This document shows, piece by piece, positions 59,124-64,000 of a stretch of DNA of 64,000 nucleotides. The translations under genes were made by a program, and so were the position numbers. The notes beneath the pieces are model-generated. The model saw only the letters and a list, made by a program, of their open reading frames with translations, did no database searches and was not told the DNA's origin. Source of the DNA: Nostoc sp. DedSLP01 (GTDB lineage: Bacteria; Cyanobacteriota; Cyanobacteriia; Cyanobacteriales; Nostocaceae); contig JAVRCJ020000001.1 of NCBI GenBank assembly GCA_034530875.2, positions 320,001 through 384,000 on the forward strand, in the 5' to 3' direction. The stretch's first letter is position 1. Each line of letters starts with the position of its first letter.

Positions 59124-59303
59124 TCAAGAACCATTTAATAAATATTCTCGAGATAATTGCAATAATCAAGGGGTAAATTCCTCTGGAGATAATGCCAATA
59201 AAGGTTCAATAATTCTTCTTAGTTCCCCATCTAAAGAACCAAACCTAGCTCGTAGCAAATTCTCTATAATATTACGACGTTCTTCTTAAATTCCTGCTTG
59301 TTT
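59124..59303 (-). pseudogene. Decayed C-terminal fragment of a cyanobacterial multicopy protein (DUF4351/Rpn-C-terminus-like)
   Basis: KQAGI*EERRNIIENLLRARFGSLDGELRRIIEPLLALSPEEFTP*LLQLSRE contains two internal stops. Confidence 0.6.
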
Positions 59304-59311
59304 GCGATCGA

Positions 59312-59464
59312 GATAATTTCTGAAGAGTCGTTGGGGTTAAGCCAAACCTCTTTACCAAGAAATCCAGAATACTGAGCTAGTGCTGTTGTCCCAATTTCTG
59401 CATCTTTCTGGATAAAATTTTCCTGTTCAGGGGCGACTTGAAACTTGAGGAGTTCTATAACCAC
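59312..59464 (-). pseudogene. Truncated TIGR03792-like (ABM-fold) gene
   Basis: VVIELLKFQVAPEQENFIQKDAEIGTTALAQYSGFLGKEVWLNPND; similarity ends at a HIP1-like site. Confidence 0.65.
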
Positions 59465-59603
59465 GTGCTTTGATGCCTGTGCTCGGCAATTTGCCAAAAT
59501 AGAGCTGTAGGCTAGAGTAAAACTACGCTTTTAGCATAGCTCGATCGCGTACACTCAGGAGCTACGGCCGGCTGTTTGAAATAAATTTAAGAGGATAGGG
59601 AGT

Positions 59604-59927
59604 ATGGACAGCAACAATTGGTTGCAACAGCTAATGATGATGGGTATTGGCACAACGTCTATAGTGGCAGAGAAACTGCGCCAAGTCAGCGATGATTTGG
59701 TCAAAGATGGTAAGCTCAATCCCGAACAAGCCAAGGCGGTTATAGATGATATTGCTCAACAGTTAAAGTCCGAGCAAGGAAACTGGGACGCCCAGATGCA
59801 ACGACAGATGCGAAATATGATGCAGGATTTGGGGGTGGCTCGTCAGTCGGAAGTTGACGAACTTCGGGGTAGAATTGACCGTTTAGAACGTCAAGTGCGC
59901 GATTTAGAAAATAAGCTTTGGCGTTAG
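59604..59927 (+). CDS. Phasin-like / PHA-granule-associated coiled-coil protein
   Basis: MMGIGTTS...LVKDGKLNPEQAK...ARQSEVDELRGRIDRLE. Confidence 0.75.
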   Translation: MDSNNWLQQLMMMGIGTTSIVAEKLRQVSDDLVKDGKLNPEQAKAVIDDIAQQLKSEQGNWDAQMQRQMRNMMQDLGVARQSEVDELRGRIDRLERQVRDLENKLWR

Positions 59928-60005
59928 GGTGTCCTTTGTGATTTAAACTAAATGTGTCCTTTTGGTAATGTTTTTACCAGGCTACCTAAGTAGGGAGAAC
60001 TGATT

Positions 60006-60527
60006 TTGAAAGCAATTTTCCTGAGTGTGGCGTTCATAGCGGTGTTTGTTGTGCTTTTGGTTGTGGGGCAAGTAGGCAGCAAACAGAATACTGCCATTGC
60101 TGACCAGTTAACCTCAACACCGCCAGCGCCCACAATTTTAACTGAAAACAATATCTTAATTGCGAGTGATACTATGTCTGATGCCAATGCCGTCACCACC
60201 CCCTCTGGATTAAAATACATTGAGTTAAAAGAAGGGACTGGGGCGACTCCTGAACGCGGGCAAACGGTAGAGGTTCACTATACCGGCACTTTAGAAGATG
60301 GTACTAAGTTTGATAGTTCGCGCGATCGCGGTCAACCTTTCAAATTTAAAATCGGCGTTGGACAAGTAATCAAAGGTTGGGACGAAGGACTTAGCACCAT
60401 GAAAGTAGGCGGTCGTCGTCAGCTAATTATCCCCTCAGAGTTAGGTTATGGCCCCCGTGGTGCCGGTGGCGTAATTCCACCCAACGCTACCCTGTTGTTT
60501 GATGTGGAATTGTTAGGAGTTAAGTAA
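60006..60527 (+). CDS. FKBP-type peptidyl-prolyl isomerase
   Basis: [23 protein letters not shown] and [14 protein letters not shown] motifs. Confidence 0.96.
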   Translation: MKAIFLSVAFIAVFVVLLVVGQVGSKQNTAIADQLTSTPPAPTILTENNILIASDTMSDANAVTTPSGLKYIELKEGTGATPERGQTVEVHYTGTLEDGTKFDSSRDRGQPFKFKIGVGQVIKGWDEGLSTMKVGGRRQLIIPSELGYGPRGAGGVIPPNATLLFDVELLGVK

Positions 60528-60640
60528 AAATCGGGCATGGAAGCAGGGGAAGATAGGGAGTGTGGGGAGTGTGGGGAGAAAGAGAATTTATGCCCCCCTC
60601 TGCTCCCACACCTCCCGATGCCCAATGCCCAATGCCCAGT

Positions 60641-61984
60641 TCAAATTTTTAGATTTTGAAACTTGGTAAATTGGGGATTAAATAAAAGTTTCACTGTACC
60701 TGTGGGCCCGTTGCGGTGTTTGGCTATTATTACTTCTGCAATGCCGCGATCGGGTGTATCTGGAGAGTAGTATTCATCCCGGTATAACATGATTACTAAA
60801 TCCGCGTCCTGTTCGATACTTCCACTTTCGCGTAAATCTGACAACATCGGGCGTTTATTAGTACGAGATTCCACCCCTCGACTTAACTGAGATAAAGCAA
60901 TAACTGGTACAGATAATTCACGCGCTAAACCTTTGAGTTGACGCGTAATTTTTGATAATTCTTGTACGCGATTATCGCCTGCTCCTTCCATTAATTGTAA
61001 GTAATCTATTACAACTAATCCTAATTCAGTTCCCTGTTCTGCTTGCAGTCGTCTTGCTTGACTACGAATTTGTGTAACAGTAATATTCGGCGTATCGTCA
61101 ATATAAATTGGTATCTCCGAAAGGATACCAATAGCGCGGCTTAAAGGTTCCCATTGTGTTTGGCTCAGACGTCCACTCCGCAGATAACCACTTTCAATTT
61201 GCGCCTCACTAGCTAACAAACGTTGTGTCAGCTGTTCTTTGGACATTTCTAAACTAAAAACAGCAATTGGTAATTTATAAGAAGCGGCAATATTATGAGC
61301 AAGGTTTAAGCAGAAGGCCGTTTTTCCCATTGCCGGTCTCGCAGCAACAATAATTAAATCTGAACGTTGAAAGCCACTAGTTATGGCATCTAAATCATAA
61401 AATCCGCAGGGTATTCCAGGTAAAGCAATACCTTGATTTCTATCTTCAATATCCTGGAAATTATTAATCAGAGTATCAGCGATATGAACTAAACCTGATT
61501 GCGGACGCTCTTGAGTAACGCTGAAAACTTTCTGTTCTGCTTGGTCTAAAACTATTGGTAATTCGGTTTCTGTTTCGTAACCGAGATGCACAATTTCATT
61601 ACCAGCTTTAATTAATTGTCGCCGCAGGTATTTTTCCATCACTAACCCTGCTAAGGCGTCAATGTTTACAGCTGAAACTGTACGGTCTACCAAAGTTGCT
61701 AATTTATTTCGACCACCAATCCGCGCTAGTAAATCGCGGTCAGTTAGCCAACTTGTAACTGAGAGCAAGTCTGTGGGTTTACCTTGTGCGTGGAGTCTGA
61801 CTGCTGCTTGATAAATATCTTTGTGAGCGCTAATATAAAATGCTTCGGCAACAAGGCGATCGCTAACTCGACTAATCGCCTCTGGATCTAGCAAAATACC
61901 CCCCAAAATCGCTTCTTCCGCCTCAATATTTTGGGGTGGTAAGCGATCGCTTCCTATCCCTTGAAAACTCAGTTCTTCAGCCAT
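60641..61984 (-). CDS. dnaB: Replicative DNA helicase (intein-free)
   Basis: ARPAMGKT, VIDYLQL and DLRESGSIEQDAD motifs. Confidence 0.98.
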   Translation of the reverse strand: MAEELSFQGIGSDRLPPQNIEAEEAILGGILLDPEAISRVSDRLVAEAFYISAHKDIYQAAVRLHAQGKPTDLLSVTSWLTDRDLLARIGGRNKLATLVDRTVSAVNIDALAGLVMEKYLRRQLIKAGNEIVHLGYETETELPIVLDQAEQKVFSVTQERPQSGLVHIADTLINNFQDIEDRNQGIALPGIPCGFYDLDAITSGFQRSDLIIVAARPAMGKTAFCLNLAHNIAASYKLPIAVFSLEMSKEQLTQRLLASEAQIESGYLRSGRLSQTQWEPLSRAIGILSEIPIYIDDTPNITVTQIRSQARRLQAEQGTELGLVVIDYLQLMEGAGDNRVQELSKITRQLKGLARELSVPVIALSQLSRGVESRTNKRPMLSDLRESGSIEQDADLVIMLYRDEYYSPDTPDRGIAEVIIAKHRNGPTGTVKLLFNPQFTKFQNLKI

Positions 61985-62118
61985 AAAACGATTTTAGTTT
62001 GAGATGAAAGCTAGTTGAGAGTGGGGAGTTATAAGTTAGGAGTTAGGAGTTAAGAATTATTCTCCTTGTCTTCCTTATCTCCCATGTCTCCCCCATCTCC
62101 CTAATCCCGCTACGTAAC

Positions 62119-62577
62119 TTAACTAGCCACGACTTGAATATCAATTTGCGCTGTTACATCCGAAAACAGCTTGATTTCAGCTTGATAAGTACCAAGGTGG
62201 TTAATATCGGGAATGGTAATGCCGCGACGATCTACTTCTTGACTGGTAGCTGCCTTAATTGCATCTGCAACATCTTGGGTGGTAACTGTACCGAAAATAG
62301 CTTCGTTTTCACCAACTTGCTTAGCAATTGTTAAGCTGCTAACTTTTTCTAAAGCTGCTTTTTGCTCAAGTGCTTGTTGCTTGAGTTCTAATTGCCGTTG
62401 ACGTTCTTGTTCGCGACGGCGTTCTACTTGTTTGAGAATACCAGGAGTGGCATGGGTAGCCAATTTCTGAGGAATCAGGTAATTACGAGCGTAGCCAGGA
62501 GCTACTTCCACTAAGTCGCCAGATTTGCCCAGCTTACTAATATCTTGATTTAAAACTAACTGCACGCGTTTCGCCAT
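62119..62577 (-). CDS. rplI: 50S ribosomal protein L9
   Basis: [14 protein letters not shown] and IFGTVT motifs. Start ATG 62577. Confidence 0.98.
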   Translation of the reverse strand: MAKRVQLVLNQDISKLGKSGDLVEVAPGYARNYLIPQKLATHATPGILKQVERRREQERQRQLELKQQALEQKAALEKVSSLTIAKQVGENEAIFGTVTTQDVADAIKAATSQEVDRRGITIPDINHLGTYQAEIKLFSDVTAQIDIQVVAS

Positions 62578-62898
62578 CGTTTTTCGATTTTCCTGTAAGA
62601 TATGATTAATTTGGGTTTCGCCAGAATAGCTCACAACGTCAGTGGTGTATTAAGAGCGCCTTTGCCTATACCCTAAAGCTTACAGATCCTAGCGAAACGC
62701 AGGGGGCGATCGCAACTATTCCCGCTAGAAAGTTGAAGGAATGGGGAATGGGGACTGGGGACTGGTGACTGGGAAGATGGGAAGATGGGGAAGCGTGGAG
62801 AGAAAGAGAATTAATTTATGCTTCTGGCTCCTCCCACACCTCTCAATCCCAAGTCCCCAGTCACTACTCACCAGTCCCCACTGACCAATGCCCAATAA

Positions 62899-63672
62899 CT
62901 AAAAGTTATCCCTCATTTCCCGAATACGTGCAAAGCTTTGAACTGCATCGCTCCTGTTAACAGCCGATTGTAATGATGGGTAATCCCAACGTAAAAAGGG
63001 ATTGGTGCGCTTCTCGACTCCCAGCAGTGAGGGAATAGTGGCTTCTCCTCGACTCCGATAAGCTTCGACTTGATGGAAGTATTTTTGTAACTCCGCGTTC
63101 TCACCGTCAAGAGTTAAAGCAAATTTGAGATTTCTTAAAGTGTATTCGTGGGCGCACCAAACGCGTGTATTATCTGGCAAAGAGCGAATTTTGCTTAAAG
63201 AATTTACCATTTGTGCTGGTGTTCCTTCAAATAACTTACCGCAACCTCCGGAAAATACAGTATCGCCACAAAATAATTCGCCCGTTTCGCCAGGTTTTTC
63301 GGGGGGAAAATAGTAAACGATGTGCCCTCGGGTATGTCCGGGAACGAAGAGAACTTCAGCTATGCGGTCTGCAAACTGTACGCGATCGCCTTCTTGCAAA
63401 AACACCTGCTGTCCGGGAATTCTACCACGATCCTCGGCTCCCCCATAAACTATTAACTGCGGGAATTGTTGGATTAACCGCTTGTTACCACCTACATGAT
63501 CGTGATGATGGTGCGTGTTAAAAATTGCTACCAACTCGGCATTTAGTTCTGCCAGTTTGTTTAATACTGGTTGAGCTTCTGCTGGATCGACGACAGCAGC
63601 AATGTTTTGTTTGGAGTCGTGTAACAAAAATATGTAGTTGTCTGAGAGTGCTTCCAGACGGATTACCTGCAT
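62899..63672 (-). CDS. gloB: Hydroxyacylglutathione hydrolase (glyoxalase II)
   Basis: [25 protein letters not shown] and TNPFLR motifs. Confidence 0.95.
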   Translation of the reverse strand: MQVIRLEALSDNYIFLLHDSKQNIAAVVDPAEAQPVLNKLAELNAELVAIFNTHHHHDHVGGNKRLIQQFPQLIVYGGAEDRGRIPGQQVFLQEGDRVQFADRIAEVLFVPGHTRGHIVYYFPPEKPGETGELFCGDTVFSGGCGKLFEGTPAQMVNSLSKIRSLPDNTRVWCAHEYTLRNLKFALTLDGENAELQKYFHQVEAYRSRGEATIPSLLGVEKRTNPFLRWDYPSLQSAVNRSDAVQSFARIREMRDNF

Positions 63673-64000
63673 TACCTCTGTCTCCCTTACAACATAAATG
63701 TTTAGTATTGAGTAGTCAGCTTACATTTGAGCTAAGTAATAATGCTACCTGTGCAAGATATTTCAAGTATTTATACTTAATTTATGACAAGTCTACTGCA
63801 ATTTTAACTATGATAATATACAACCGTGCTTTTACGGTAATTATACTTAAATAAAGTCAACTTGAGATGAATTTATCAGTAAAATTTCTCTGGGAAAATC
63901 TCTAAATGCAACGCTAGATTTGATTGATTATTTTTGGGCTTACAATTAATAAATTCTCAAGTTGATATTCGACCAAACTCTATTCTATCGCCTTTATTTA

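Overview
This is a chromosomal segment of a cyanobacterium, most likely in the Nostocales: HIP1 (GCGATCGC) is abundant, STRR heptamer repeats are common, and xisH/xisI, chlB and raf1 are present. Housekeeping genes include rpiA, mgtE, chlB, ycf37, rplT-rpmI, a UvrD-type helicase, menG/ubiE, raf1, aqpZ, tRNA-Leu(CAA), dnaB-rplI and gloB. Accessory modules are interleaved with them. (1) A TIR-TM-WD40 protein lies next to a very large papain-family protease that carries peptidoglycan-binding domains. (2) A Doc toxin has an unusually long partner. (3) There is an orphan Pgm1-like ATP-grasp ligase. (4) A 3xPA14/2xCalx-beta/GSDH protein is present. (5) A TIGR04283-GT/TVP38/MerA-like block follows. 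(6) A conflict-like cluster at about 25.8-34.5 kb holds Trypco1, caspase-nSTAND1-TM-pentapeptide, XisH/XisI, Phd-VapC, DUF6745, an RHH-like gene and duplicated Uma2. (7) An orphan SMI1/KNR4 gene sits beside a VWA protein with a duplicated unnamed C-terminal domain. (8) A coupled His-rich protein plus DUF6745 pair abuts the 3' end of the tRNA-Leu. Intergenic DNA holds many MITE/REP/SDR-like elements, a 21-bp and an ~89-bp tandem repeat, and a chimeric pseudogene joined at a HIP1-like site. I saw no CRISPR array, rRNA, transposase or integrase. Family assignments come from motif recognition by eye, not from database searches.
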